From Pseudorhodobacter sp. PARRP1 (GTDB lineage Bacteria > Pseudomonadota > Alphaproteobacteria > Rhodobacterales > Rhodobacteraceae), in contig NKIU01000008.1 in assembly GCA_002256245.1 (NCBI GenBank), positions 53,333 through 117,332 of the forward strand: a stretch of 64,000 nt of DNA, given 5' to 3'. Positions 26,215-35,304 of the stretch are shown piece by piece. Numbering within the stretch: position 1 is the first letter of the stretch; each line of letters begins with the position of its first letter. Below the pieces are notes generated by a model, which did no database searches, was not told the DNA's origin, and was given only the letters and a program-made list of their open reading frames with translations. A program made the translations under genes and the position numbers.

Positions 26215-27591
26215 TCAAAACAATTCGGACAGGATTTCATCAAACGCGGCAATCAGGCGATCCACCTGCCGCTTTTTGGTGGCGGGGCTGATCAGCATCA
26301 TGTTGTGGAACGGCGCGATCAGGCAGCCGCGATTAAGCAGCGCCACATGCAGCGCAGATTCCACGCTGGGCTGATGTGCCAAAGCGGCGTCAGTGCCGTT
26401 GTGCAACGGGCCGGGGGCGCAGATGAATTCCACCCGCGCGCCGACGCGCACCACATGCCAAGGCGCCTTGTGGCGGGTGATGGATTTGGCAAGGCCGCTG
26501 GCAAGACGGTCGGCCAGCTTTTCCATATGGGCGTAGTTTTTCGCCGTCATCACCTCGGCCAATGTGGCTTTCAGGCAGGCAAACTGCATCGGATTGGCCG
26601 ACAGCGTGGTGCCCATACCGGAATGGCCGGGCGCGCGGGCCTCGTTTGCGGCGGCGTAGCGGGCGGCCACTTCGGGGGAGAGCCCCCAGACAGCGGTGGG
26701 CATCCCGCCCGCCACGCATTTGCCAACCACGAAAACATCGGGTTGCAAGCCATGCACGCCCGTATAGCCGCCCAAACCACTGGAGATCGTATGCGTCTCA
26801 TCAATCATCAGCAGCGCGCCATACTTCAACGACAGCGCGCGCAGGCCCGCATGAAAGCCCGGATCGGGCAGCACCATGCAGGAATTGGTCATCACAGGCT
26901 CGGTCAGGATCGCCGCGACATCGCCCTTGGCCAAAGCCGCCTCAACCCCGGCCAAGTCATTGAATTCGCAGGCCACCGCACCAAGCGTCAGGTCGGCCAC
27001 TTGCCCCAGCAGGCCCTGGCGGTTCTGCGTTACACCATTGGAAAGCTCGACCATCGCGTCGTCCACCGTGCCATGGTAGCAGCCGTTGAACACAAGGATT
27101 TTCGCGCGCCCCGTGACGGCGCGCGCCACCCGGATGGCAAAGCGATTGGCATCGGTGGCGGTGGTGGCAATCTGCCAGCGAAAATCGCCAAACCGCGTGG
27201 TCAGCAGGCGGCCTGCGTCGAGTGCATCCTCGGAGGGCAGCATATAGGTCAACCCGCGCCCAGCTTGACGGCGGATCGCCTTGGCCACCGGGGCAGGCGA
27301 GTGGCCGAACATGCTGCCGGTGTCGCCCAAGCAGAAATCGTCAATCTCATAGCCGTCGATATCGGTGATCCGCGCGCCCTTTGCCTTTGTGATCAACGGC
27401 AAATGCGGCATCGGCCAGTCTTTCATCCAATGCAGCGGCACACCATCAAGAAAAGCCTCCGCCCCGTGATCCAGTGCCGCAAGCGCCTTCGGGCGGCCCT
27501 GCGCAAAGCGCTTGGCCTCGCGCACGCGCAGCTTTTCCAGACGGTCGCGGCGCATACCGGCGATCAACGTGTCGGGCAAGGATTCGGACAT
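26215..27591 (-). CDS. Class III aminotransferase (GSA-aminomutase-like subgroup)
   Basis: DFCLGDTGSMFGH, TATDANR, GCYHG, IDETHT, VVGKCVAGG, GTTLSANP. Confidence 0.82.
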   Translation of the reverse strand: MSESLPDTLIAGMRRDRLEKLRVREAKRFAQGRPKALAALDHGAEAFLDGVPLHWMKDWPMPHLPLITKAKGARITDIDGYEIDDFCLGDTGSMFGHSPAPVAKAIRRQAGRGLTYMLPSEDALDAGRLLTTRFGDFRWQIATTATDANRFAIRVARAVTGRAKILVFNGCYHGTVDDAMVELSNGVTQNRQGLLGQVADLTLGAVACEFNDLAGVEAALAKGDVAAILTEPVMTNSCMVLPDPGFHAGLRALSLKYGALLMIDETHTISSGLGGYTGVHGLQPDVFVVGKCVAGGMPTAVWGLSPEVAARYAAANEARAPGHSGMGTTLSANPMQFACLKATLAEVMTAKNYAHMEKLADRLASGLAKSITRHKAPWHVVRVGARVEFICAPGPLHNGTDAALAHQPSVESALHVALLNRGCLIAPFHNMMLISPATKKRQVDRLIAAFDEILSELF

Positions 27592-27671
27592 GGGGCTGCA
27601 CCTTTCAGAAGATGCCGCCTTATGCCAAATAATTTGATCAAAAGAAAGGGGCGCGACTGCCAAGCCGAAAT

Positions 27672-27715
27672 CGGAATTCGCGCGAATTCCGTGCACGATT
27701 TTCGCGCGAAAATCG
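27672..27715. repeat. Double 20-bp perfect palindrome element, copy A
   Basis: cggaattcgcgcgaattccg-tgca-cgattttcgcgcgaaaatcg. Confidence 0.85.
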
Positions 27716-27716
27716 G

Positions 27717-29285
27717 CTACTTTGCCACCCGCACCTCGATCATCCTTGCGCCGGTATGCGGCTGCACCAGTGCCGCGTGCAGCGCTTCGGGGTCGAGCGT
27801 GACGGATGCAAACGGCAGATCACACGCGGCGGCAAAGGGTTTCATGTTCAGGGGCGAGGGCGCGCAGCCGATCACTTCGGTATTCGCGCCGCGCATCGCA
27901 TCGGCGATCTCGCCGAAGGCCGCGTTGTTCCATACGACATAGGTGATGGGCAGGCGCTCATCGACCGCGGTGCGCAACTCGCCGGGGCTGAACTGCAAGC
28001 CGCCATCGCCGATCAGGCAGACCACCTCTGCCCCCGGTGCGGCCAGCGCGGCACCCACCGCAGCGCCCGGGCCATAGCCTAACGCGCCAAAGCCGGTGGC
28101 GGCGTTGAAAAAGCCGCCCGCGCGGTCGTGGTCGTAATAAAGGTTCGCGGCATAGATCGCTTGTGTGCTGTCGCCCACGATCAGCGCCCCCGGCATCGCG
28201 CGGCGGATGGTTTCGACCATATCCAGCCGCCCCGGCATCAGCGCGTCCAACTCGGCGAGTTCCGCCCGCGCCGCCTGACGCGCAGCCGAGGCGCGCGCGG
28301 CACCTTGCGCCGCTCTCGCGCCAACCAGCGGCAGCAGCGCCGCCATCACCGCGCCCGCATCTCCGTGCAGCGCCACGCCTGCCTTGTGCCGCGCCAGTTG
28401 CCGCGCGCAAATGTCCACCCGAATCATTCCCGACACATCCGGAAATCCGCCGCGCACATACATATCGTAATCGGTCGGGCCAAATTCGGTGCCGATCGCC
28501 AGCACCTGATCGGCCTGCGCCAGCAGCGCGCGCGGGGCATCAAGGCTGGGCGAGGCCGGAACCACCAGCGGATGCGCGTGCATCATGCCGCGCGCGTTCA
28601 CCGTCTGGATCACCGGCGCGTCCAGCTTTTCGGCCAGCGCCTGCAACGCCGCCTCTTGCCCGCGCGCGCCGCCGCCCGCAAGGATCACCACCGATTGCGC
28701 CGCGTTCAACCGCGCCACCGCAGCGCCGATATCCGGCACTGCCGCCACGGGCAGGGCGGTTGGGGCGGGCAAAGCCTCGCACTCCAGCGGCATCACGTCG
28801 GTCGGCACCTCAAGATGCACTGGGCCGGGACGCCCGGTTGCCATGGTTGCAAACGCCCAGTCGAGCGCGGGGCCGACATCTGACGCAGACAAAATCTGCC
28901 GCGTCGGGCACAGCGGGCGCACCATCGCCGCCTGATCGGGCAACTCGTGCAGCAAGCCCAGGCCCAAGCCCAAAGAATCGCGCCGGTTGACGCCCGAAAT
29001 CACCAGCATCGGCACCGAATCTGCCGCCGCCTGGCCCATCGCGGTCAGCGCGTTCAAAATCCCCGGCCCGGTGATCACCAACGCCACGCCGGGCTTGCCC
29101 GACACCCGCGCATAGCCGTCGGCCATGAAGGCGCAGCCCTGTTCGTGCCGCGCGGTGACATGGCGGATCGGGCTGCCGGACAACCCGCGATACATCTCAA
29201 CCGTGTGCACGCCGGGGATGCCGAAAATCACCTCGACCCCGCGCGCGGCCAAGCCTTCGACCAAACGCTCGCCCACCGTTTTCAT
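27717..29285 (-). CDS. aruI: ThDP-dependent decarboxylase, 5-guanidino-2-oxopentanoate (2-ketoarginine) decarboxylase-like
   Basis: FGIPGVH, RHEQGCAFMADGYAR, GDGG...WNN ThDP motif; coupled to an AruH-like aminotransferase. Confidence 0.72.
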   Translation of the reverse strand: MKTVGERLVEGLAARGVEVIFGIPGVHTVEMYRGLSGSPIRHVTARHEQGCAFMADGYARVSGKPGVALVITGPGILNALTAMGQAAADSVPMLVISGVNRRDSLGLGLGLLHELPDQAAMVRPLCPTRQILSASDVGPALDWAFATMATGRPGPVHLEVPTDVMPLECEALPAPTALPVAAVPDIGAAVARLNAAQSVVILAGGGARGQEAALQALAEKLDAPVIQTVNARGMMHAHPLVVPASPSLDAPRALLAQADQVLAIGTEFGPTDYDMYVRGGFPDVSGMIRVDICARQLARHKAGVALHGDAGAVMAALLPLVGARAAQGAARASAARQAARAELAELDALMPGRLDMVETIRRAMPGALIVGDSTQAIYAANLYYDHDRAGGFFNAATGFGALGYGPGAAVGAALAAPGAEVVCLIGDGGLQFSPGELRTAVDERLPITYVVWNNAAFGEIADAMRGANTEVIGCAPSPLNMKPFAAACDLPFASVTLDPEALHAALVQPHTGARMIEVRVAK

Positions 29286-30469
29286 GCGGCTATTCCCTGC
29301 TTCAAAGCGGCATGGCGCGCGATGCGGGCGCAGGCCTCGGCCACCAGCGCGTCGTCTTGCGTCAGGCTGATCCTGATCCAACCGGACAGCGCCGCGCCAA
29401 AGCTTTCGCCCGGCATCACCGCCACGCCCTGCTCGGCCAGCAGGCTTTGCGCAAAGCACTCGCCGCTAAGACCGGTGGCGTTGATGTTCACCACGGTGAA
29501 CATGCCCGCGTCAGGCTTGTGCACGGCCAAGCCATTCACGCCGTGCAGTTTATCATAAATCAACGCGGCGCGGCGGGCGAAGCGGGCAGCCATCCCCCCC
29601 GCCACTTCCGAAGGCGCCGAGACCGCCATCGCTGTCATATCCGCAATGAAGGGTTGGTTGCCAAACAGCATGGTTTCGGCCACGGGCAGCAGCCGCGCCG
29701 AGAACTCTTGCGGCCCCACGCACCAGCCCGAGCGGAAACCGGGTGCCGCGTGCGATTTTGAGATCGAGGCCGTCACCACCACCCGATCCGCCAGATCGGC
29801 GTTGTCCAGCGGCGAGGCGAAAGTGCCACCTTCGAACACCAACTCTTCATAGACCTCGTCGCTAAGAATCCACAGATCGTGGGCTTTCGCCAAATCTCCC
29901 AGTGCCGCCAGATCAGCGGCGGTCAGGATTGCCCCGGTCGGATTGTGCGGCGTGTTCAGAAAGAGCATCCGGCTGCGCGGGGTGATCCGGGCTGCCACAT
30001 CCGCTGCCTGCATACGAAATCCGGCCTCGGCGCGCAGCGGCACCGGCACCGCAACCGCGCCGGTGGACGCAATCAACCCCTCATACGTCGCATACAAAGG
30101 ATCACCGACCAACACCTCATCCCCCGGCCCGGTCAGGGTCAGCAACACGGCATAAAGCGCGGTTTGCGTGCCGGGCAGGCAGGCGATCTGCTCAGGAGAA
30201 ATCGCGCGCCCGGTGCGTTTGGAATAGCGCGCGGCCAAGGCGGCCAGCAGGGCAGGCTCTCCGCGGCCATTCGAATAGCCCAGACGCCCGGCATCCATCG
30301 CCCGCTTGGCCTCGGCGATCAGGGCGGGCGGCGTGGCCACATCCGGCTCGCCAATCGTCAATTGGATGATCGGCTGGCCCGCCGCTTGCATCGCCTTGGC
30401 GCGGGCGTGAACCTCCCACTTGGCCCCGCCCAAATGGGCAAGACGGTCGGTGATGGCTGCGTATTTCAT
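29282..30469 (-). CDS. aruH: Class I PLP aminotransferase, arginine:pyruvate transaminase-like
   Basis: LTIGEPD, PGTQTALY, NTPHNPTG, SDEVY, SISKSHAAPGFRSGW; AruH-AruI gene order. Confidence 0.7.
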   Translation of the reverse strand: MKYAAITDRLAHLGGAKWEVHARAKAMQAAGQPIIQLTIGEPDVATPPALIAEAKRAMDAGRLGYSNGRGEPALLAALAARYSKRTGRAISPEQIACLPGTQTALYAVLLTLTGPGDEVLVGDPLYATYEGLIASTGAVAVPVPLRAEAGFRMQAADVAARITPRSRMLFLNTPHNPTGAILTAADLAALGDLAKAHDLWILSDEVYEELVFEGGTFASPLDNADLADRVVVTASISKSHAAPGFRSGWCVGPQEFSARLLPVAETMLFGNQPFIADMTAMAVSAPSEVAGGMAARFARRAALIYDKLHGVNGLAVHKPDAGMFTVVNINATGLSGECFAQSLLAEQGVAVMPGESFGAALSGWIRISLTQDDALVAEACARIARHAALKQGIAA

Positions 30470-31110
30470 GGGGTCGTCCGATCTGGCTGATAAGCAGCAA
30501 CAAGGTTAACATTCAGGATGGCGCCCACCGAAGTCAGCGCGATCGAGGCGATTTCGCCGGGTTCAAACGCCTCGGGCAGGATCGAGCCTTCCAGCCACAA
30601 GCCATCAATCACGCCATTGCAGGCGATGGCGTCGCAAAGAAGTTGCCGGTCGTTTACCGCGCGGGGCAGGGCGGCGATCAGGCCCTGCAACATATTGCGG
30701 AACGAAAGATAGTTGGTGGTGTGGACGTGACGCATCTCGGTATCGCGGCGCACATCATGCACAAAGGCCGCCCACAGCCCCACCGCAACCGGGTCCGCCA
30801 CCGGTGGGCTGACCGACGCCACCACGAAATTGGCCAGCCGCGCGGTGGCATCCTCGGGGCCGTCCTGCAGCACCGCTGCGGAATCCGCGGTCATCTGCTC
30901 CATCAGCCGATGATAGGCCACGCGCGTAAGGTCTTCTTTCGACGAGAAATAATGCCGGATCAAGCCCGGCGTCACACCTGCACGGTCGGCAATCGCCCGC
31001 ACGGTGGCGGCATGAAGCCCACCTTCGGCCACCAGATCAAGCGCCGCGGCGATCAGATCATCGCGGCGGCGTTCTTCACTTTCGCGGCGGTAGGGGCGGC
31101 GACTTGCCAT
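30466..31110 (-). CDS. TetR-family regulator (BetI-like C-terminus)
   Basis: HTH TVRAIADRAGVTPGLIRHYFSSKE; DGLWLE in C-terminal domain. Confidence 0.9.
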   Translation of the reverse strand: MASRRPYRRESEERRRDDLIAAALDLVAEGGLHAATVRAIADRAGVTPGLIRHYFSSKEDLTRVAYHRLMEQMTADSAAVLQDGPEDATARLANFVVASVSPPVADPVAVGLWAAFVHDVRRDTEMRHVHTTNYLSFRNMLQGLIAALPRAVNDRQLLCDAIACNGVIDGLWLEGSILPEAFEPGEIASIALTSVGAILNVNLVAAYQPDRTTP

Positions 31111-31125
31111 GATGGCCCTATCTTG

Positions 31126-31141
31126 TTATACGGTTGTGTAA
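31126..31141. promoter_or_regulatory. Candidate TetR auto-operator
   Basis: TTATAC-ggtt-GTGTAA imperfect palindrome 15 bp upstream of the TetR start. Confidence 0.45.
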
Positions 31142-31326
31142 TTCAACGTTAATATGAGACTCACTTGCAGGCGTTTGCAAGGCTTGTGACGCATTTTTGT
31201 GCATCTTGCGCGAAAATCCCAAGATGCATACCTTTTGATTGTAGCGCAAATTGGTCTGCCCACAAAGCGCGCAAGCGCGGCTCCCGCAGCGCATAATGCG
31301 GCACCTGCTGTGCGGCGCGCGTTGTG

Positions 31327-32205
31327 TTATCGGGCCACATCCTTGTGAATGATCACATCGGTTTGCGGATAAGCCTCGAGAATGGCGCGGCGCAGGGCGG
31401 CCCCGATGTCATGCGCCTCGCGCAGGCTTTGCGCGCCATCCAACTCGATATGCAGATTGACGAACACCCGGCTGCCCGCCATGCGGGTTTTCAGATCGTG
31501 GTGGCCATGCACCCCCGGCCATTTGTCCGCAATCGCGGCAATGCCTGCGACGATGTCGGCATCCGCCGTGCGGTCCATCAGCGCATCGAACGCGCCCTTG
31601 CCGATGCGCAGCGCGCCCACCGCCATGATCGCCGCCGCCGTCAGCGCCACCACCGAGTCGATGCTGCCCAGACCAAAGCTTTTCGACGCCCAAAGCGAGA
31701 TGATCGCGCCCATGTTGGGCAACAGATCACCCATGTAATGCAAGCGGTCCGCCGCAACCACGCGGCTGCCGGTGCGCCGGGCCACACGGCCCTGCCACCA
31801 CACCAGCGCCACCGTCAGCGCCACCGACACGCCCATCACCAGCATGCCCTCGCCTTCGCCCACCAGATGCGCCTCGGATGGCCCCAGCAGCCGCGCGATA
31901 GAGGCCCAAGTGATCACCCCGGCCGAGATCAGGATGAAAAACGCCTGCCCCAACGCCGCCAGATCTTCGGCCGAGCTGTGGCCAAAGGCGTGATCTTCAT
32001 CCGCAGGTTTTGCCGCATAGATCAGCGCAGCCATCGCGCCCAACGACACCATCAGATCCATCGCGCTGTCCGCCAGCGACGCCGCGACAGAAAGCGATCC
32101 GGTTGTGCCATAGGCCCACAGCTTCAGCCCCACCATCACCGCAGCGATCGAGACCGAGGCCAGCCCCGCCGAGATGTTCAACTTCATGCTGTCGGCGGTG
32201 CTCAT
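31327..32205 (-). CDS. fieF: Cation diffusion facilitator (FieF/YiiP-like)
   Basis: SLADSAMD, DEDHAFGH, ADRLHYMGD, HDLKTR, LHIELD motifs. Confidence 0.85.
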   Translation of the reverse strand: MSTADSMKLNISAGLASVSIAAVMVGLKLWAYGTTGSLSVAASLADSAMDLMVSLGAMAALIYAAKPADEDHAFGHSSAEDLAALGQAFFILISAGVITWASIARLLGPSEAHLVGEGEGMLVMGVSVALTVALVWWQGRVARRTGSRVVAADRLHYMGDLLPNMGAIISLWASKSFGLGSIDSVVALTAAAIMAVGALRIGKGAFDALMDRTADADIVAGIAAIADKWPGVHGHHDLKTRMAGSRVFVNLHIELDGAQSLREAHDIGAALRRAILEAYPQTDVIIHKDVAR

Positions 32206-32292
32206 GGTTCGCTCCTTAAATCCGGCGCCGTTCTGTCTCTGATGAAACGCGGAGCCGCGCCCTAAACCCCAAGGCGAACCAGCGCAACCCGA

Positions 32293-32838
32293 TTAGTCGA
32301 TCACTTCGCCGGGATCGACACCCCAAAGTGCCGATTTCAAGATCCAGCCCTTTTCACCGCTTGCATTCACGCGGCACCAATCTGCGTTACATTCCAACAG
32401 CTTGGCGATCACCCCAAGCTCTGCCTGAAACGACACCCGCGCCTGCGCGTCCGGGCTGTCGCGAAATTCCGCCATATCTTGCGTCACCAGAACCGAGCGT
32501 GACCCCGACAGCAGGTTGAACTGCATCCAGCCGCCCATGCCCTGATAATCTTCCACCCGCCGCCAGCGGTCATATTCCGCCGTGATCCGCAAAGGCATGC
32601 CTGCGGTGGTGAACACCCAGTCGATGCGGTGCGTCATCCCCGGCCCGCGCCGCACATTGCCCTCGCGCCCTTTCAGGCTGACGTAACGCGGCAGCGGCAG
32701 GTTGGTGACGGGCCCCTTGTTCGGATCGCGCGGCGTCTTGCCGTCATTTGCCGGGGCCATCGGCAGTTCTTCCTGCGCGCCCGCCCGCGTGGCCAGCAAC
32801 GCCCCCGCCATTCCTGCCAAAAACTGCTTCCTGTTCAT
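32293..32838 (-). CDS. Bacterial SH3-domain protein
   Basis: LPLPRYVSLK, NVRRGPG, WRRVED, GWILKSALWGV; divergent from the 2-hydroxyacid dehydrogenase. Confidence 0.85.
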   Translation of the reverse strand: MNRKQFLAGMAGALLATRAGAQEELPMAPANDGKTPRDPNKGPVTNLPLPRYVSLKGREGNVRRGPGMTHRIDWVFTTAGMPLRITAEYDRWRRVEDYQGMGGWMQFNLLSGSRSVLVTQDMAEFRDSPDAQARVSFQAELGVIAKLLECNADWCRVNASGEKGWILKSALWGVDPGEVID

Positions 32839-32936
32839 CCCAAGCCGCCCCAATATCAGACGGGGGCTTGTGCGCGGCCCCGCTTCCCGCCACTTTGCCA
32901 AACATTACGCTGATTTGGAAGTGCAGGGAGGCCTCC

Positions 32937-33923
32937 ATGCCCGCAACACGCCTGAACGTTATCGTGACGCGCCGTTTGCCGGAACCCGTCGAGACCCGGA
33001 TGAAGGAGCTGTTCGATGTCGAGTTGCGCGACCCCGACACAGCCATGAGCCGTGAAGAACTGGCCGCCGCCCTGCGCCGCTGCGATGTGCTGGTGCCCAC
33101 CATCACCGACCAGATTGACGCGGGCCTGATCGCGCAGGCCGGAGAGCGGCTGAAACTGATCGCCAACTATGGCTCGGGCATTGACCATATTGATGTCGCA
33201 ACCGCCCGCCAACGCGGCATTCTGGTGTCAAACACCCCCGGCACGGTGACGGATGACACCGCCGATATGACGCTGGCGCTGATGCTGTCGGTCACCCGCC
33301 GCATCCCCGAGGGCCTCGCCGAAATGCAGGCGGGCAAGTGGCAGGGCTGGTCGCCGATGGCGCATCTGGGGGGCCGGATGGGCGGGCGGCGTCTGGGCAT
33401 CCTTGGCATGGGCCGCATTGGCCAAGCCGTCGCCCGCCGCGCCCGCGCCTTTGGCTGTCAGGTCCACTACCACAACCGCAAACGCGTCCGCCCCGAGATT
33501 GAAGCCGAGCTTGAGGCCACCTATTGGGACAGCCTTGATCAGATGATCGCCCGCATGGACATCATCAGCGTCAACTGCCCGCACACGCCCTCGACCTTCC
33601 ATCTGCTGAACGCACGGCGGCTGAAATTGCTGAAGCCGAAGGCGGTGATCATCAACACCTCGCGCGGGGAAGTGATCGACGAAAACGCCCTCGCACGTGG
33701 CCTGAAAGCCGGAGAGATCGGCGGCGCGGGCCTTGACGTTTATGAGCACGGCACCGAGATCAACCCCACCCTGCGCAGCCTGCCGAATGTGGTGCTCTTG
33801 CCCCACATGGGGTCTGCCACCATCGAGGGCCGGATCGAGATGGGCGAGAAAGTCATCATCAATATCAAGACCTTCGCCGACGGGCACAGGCCGCCAGATC
33901 AGGTCGTGCCGGGGATGCTGTAA
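32937..33923 (+). CDS. D-isomer-specific 2-hydroxyacid dehydrogenase (glyoxylate/D-glycerate type)
   Basis: GILGMGRIG, INTSRG, GLDVYE, LLPHMGS. Confidence 0.9.
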   Translation: MPATRLNVIVTRRLPEPVETRMKELFDVELRDPDTAMSREELAAALRRCDVLVPTITDQIDAGLIAQAGERLKLIANYGSGIDHIDVATARQRGILVSNTPGTVTDDTADMTLALMLSVTRRIPEGLAEMQAGKWQGWSPMAHLGGRMGGRRLGILGMGRIGQAVARRARAFGCQVHYHNRKRVRPEIEAELEATYWDSLDQMIARMDIISVNCPHTPSTFHLLNARRLKLLKPKAVIINTSRGEVIDENALARGLKAGEIGGAGLDVYEHGTEINPTLRSLPNVVLLPHMGSATIEGRIEMGEKVIINIKTFADGHRPPDQVVPGML

Positions 33924-33956
33924 AAGCCGCTTGGCCAAGTCCAAAGTTTTGACGTT

Positions 33957-34051
33957 CTTGCCCGATTTGTTCGAAAACAAATCGGGCCGCGCCTGCCTGC
34001 CCATGGGCAGGCGCGTTTCCGCGCCCACCCAGTCAGGCGCGCCCCGATTTC
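33957..34051 (-). repeat. ~94-bp structured dispersed repeat, copy 2
   Basis: Reverse complement of 21223-21316; lies 33 bp after the dehydrogenase stop. Confidence 0.85.
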
Positions 34052-34276
34052 CCAAACCGATGCTTGCTGCCCAACGCCCCTTGCTCAACGGCCTCCAGCC
34101 TTATGAGCAACGAACCGGAAAACTCTGCCCCGCAGAGTTTTCTTTCGGTTCGCAGTCACGCCCCTTTTGCATGTTGAATAGCACACCTCCCCCAACCTCT
34201 TTCCTGTGCCGGGTTGAAATGCCATCCGCGAAACCTTACCTGTCGCGCGATAACAACAACGTGAGCCGGGACATCA

Positions 34277-34936
34277 ATGGAAATTTTCACTCAGGCGGGC
34301 TTTATAGCCCTGCTTCAGGTCATGGGCATCGACTTGGTGCTTGCGGGCGACAACGCCATCGTGATTGGCCTTGCCGCCGCTGGCCTGCCGAAAGAGCAGC
34401 GCAATAAAGCCATTCTGGTGGGAATTTTGGCCGCAACGGTGATGCGGATCGGCTTTGCACTGATCACCACGCACCTGCTGGCGATTGTGGGCCTGCTACT
34501 GGCCGGGGGTGTGCTGCTGCTTTGGGTCTGCTGGAAAATGTGGCGCGAGCTGCAACAGGGCCACGGCACTGACAACATGGCCGAGGAATCGCTGACCGAC
34601 AGCGATCTGAACGCCGATGGCACCGTCGCCGGCGGTGCGCCGCGCAAGACCTTCGCGCAAGCCGCATGGCAGATCGTGATCGCCGATATCTCGATGAGCC
34701 TAGATAACGTGCTGGCCGTCGCCGGTGCCGCGCGCGAACATCCCACCGTGCTGGTGATCGGTCTGATCCTGTCGATTGCGCTGATGGGCCTTGCCGCCAC
34801 CTTCATCGCGCGCCTGCTGAACAAGCACCGCTGGATCGCCTATATCGGCCTTGCCATCATCGTCTATGTCGCGCTGAAAATGATGTGGGAAGGCTGGCAC
34901 GAGGTGCAGCCCTATGTGATGGCCTACCTGCAATAA
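34277..34936 (+). CDS. TerC family (YjbE-like) membrane protein
   Basis: DLVLAGDNAIVI, ADISMSLDNVLAVAGAA, IGLILSIALM. Confidence 0.9.
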   Translation: MEIFTQAGFIALLQVMGIDLVLAGDNAIVIGLAAAGLPKEQRNKAILVGILAATVMRIGFALITTHLLAIVGLLLAGGVLLLWVCWKMWRELQQGHGTDNMAEESLTDSDLNADGTVAGGAPRKTFAQAAWQIVIADISMSLDNVLAVAGAAREHPTVLVIGLILSIALMGLAATFIARLLNKHRWIAYIGLAIIVYVALKMMWEGWHEVQPYVMAYLQ

Positions 34937-34955
34937 GCCACGCAGTTACCGCAAC

Positions 34956-34985
34956 AAAACCGCCCCCGAAACGGGGCGGTTTTTT
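34956..34985. terminator. Bidirectional intrinsic terminator
   Basis: aaaaccgcccc-cgaaac-ggggcggtttttt after the terC stop. Confidence 0.85.
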
Positions 34986-35304
34986 ATTGCCAGCCGTGCC
35001 CGGCGCTTGGCAGGCGCTGGCAATTTGCAACGCTTGACCTTTCGCGCTGTTCGGGCGGCCAGATCGGCAAGACATGCCTGCCCCAAGGTTTCACCAAGGG
35101 CCGCAACGCGCAAACTGCGGCCCGGTTGGATGGCATCGCGGACGGCGTTAAGGTTGCGCCGCGCGCAAACCGTCACAGCGGGCACGGTCTGGGTTGGCCC
35201 GCGCCAACGCTGCGTGCTCTGTCCGGCAGCTTCGGGGCCCCCCACAAGTTCCGCATCTTGGCGATGCACGCCGATGATTGCCGCCAAAGCCCCTTGCGCC
35301 GGTG

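Noticed and set aside
25903-27942. 679-aa plus-strand ORF, and similar long ORFs such as 202-1113, 41210-42751, 47949-49424, 54314-55654
   Set aside because: Antisense shadows of well-supported genes, expected in high-GC DNA; no motifs.
34090-34276. yybP-ykoY manganese riboswitch before terC
   Set aside because: Could not identify the conserved junction motifs; only a simple hairpin is visible.
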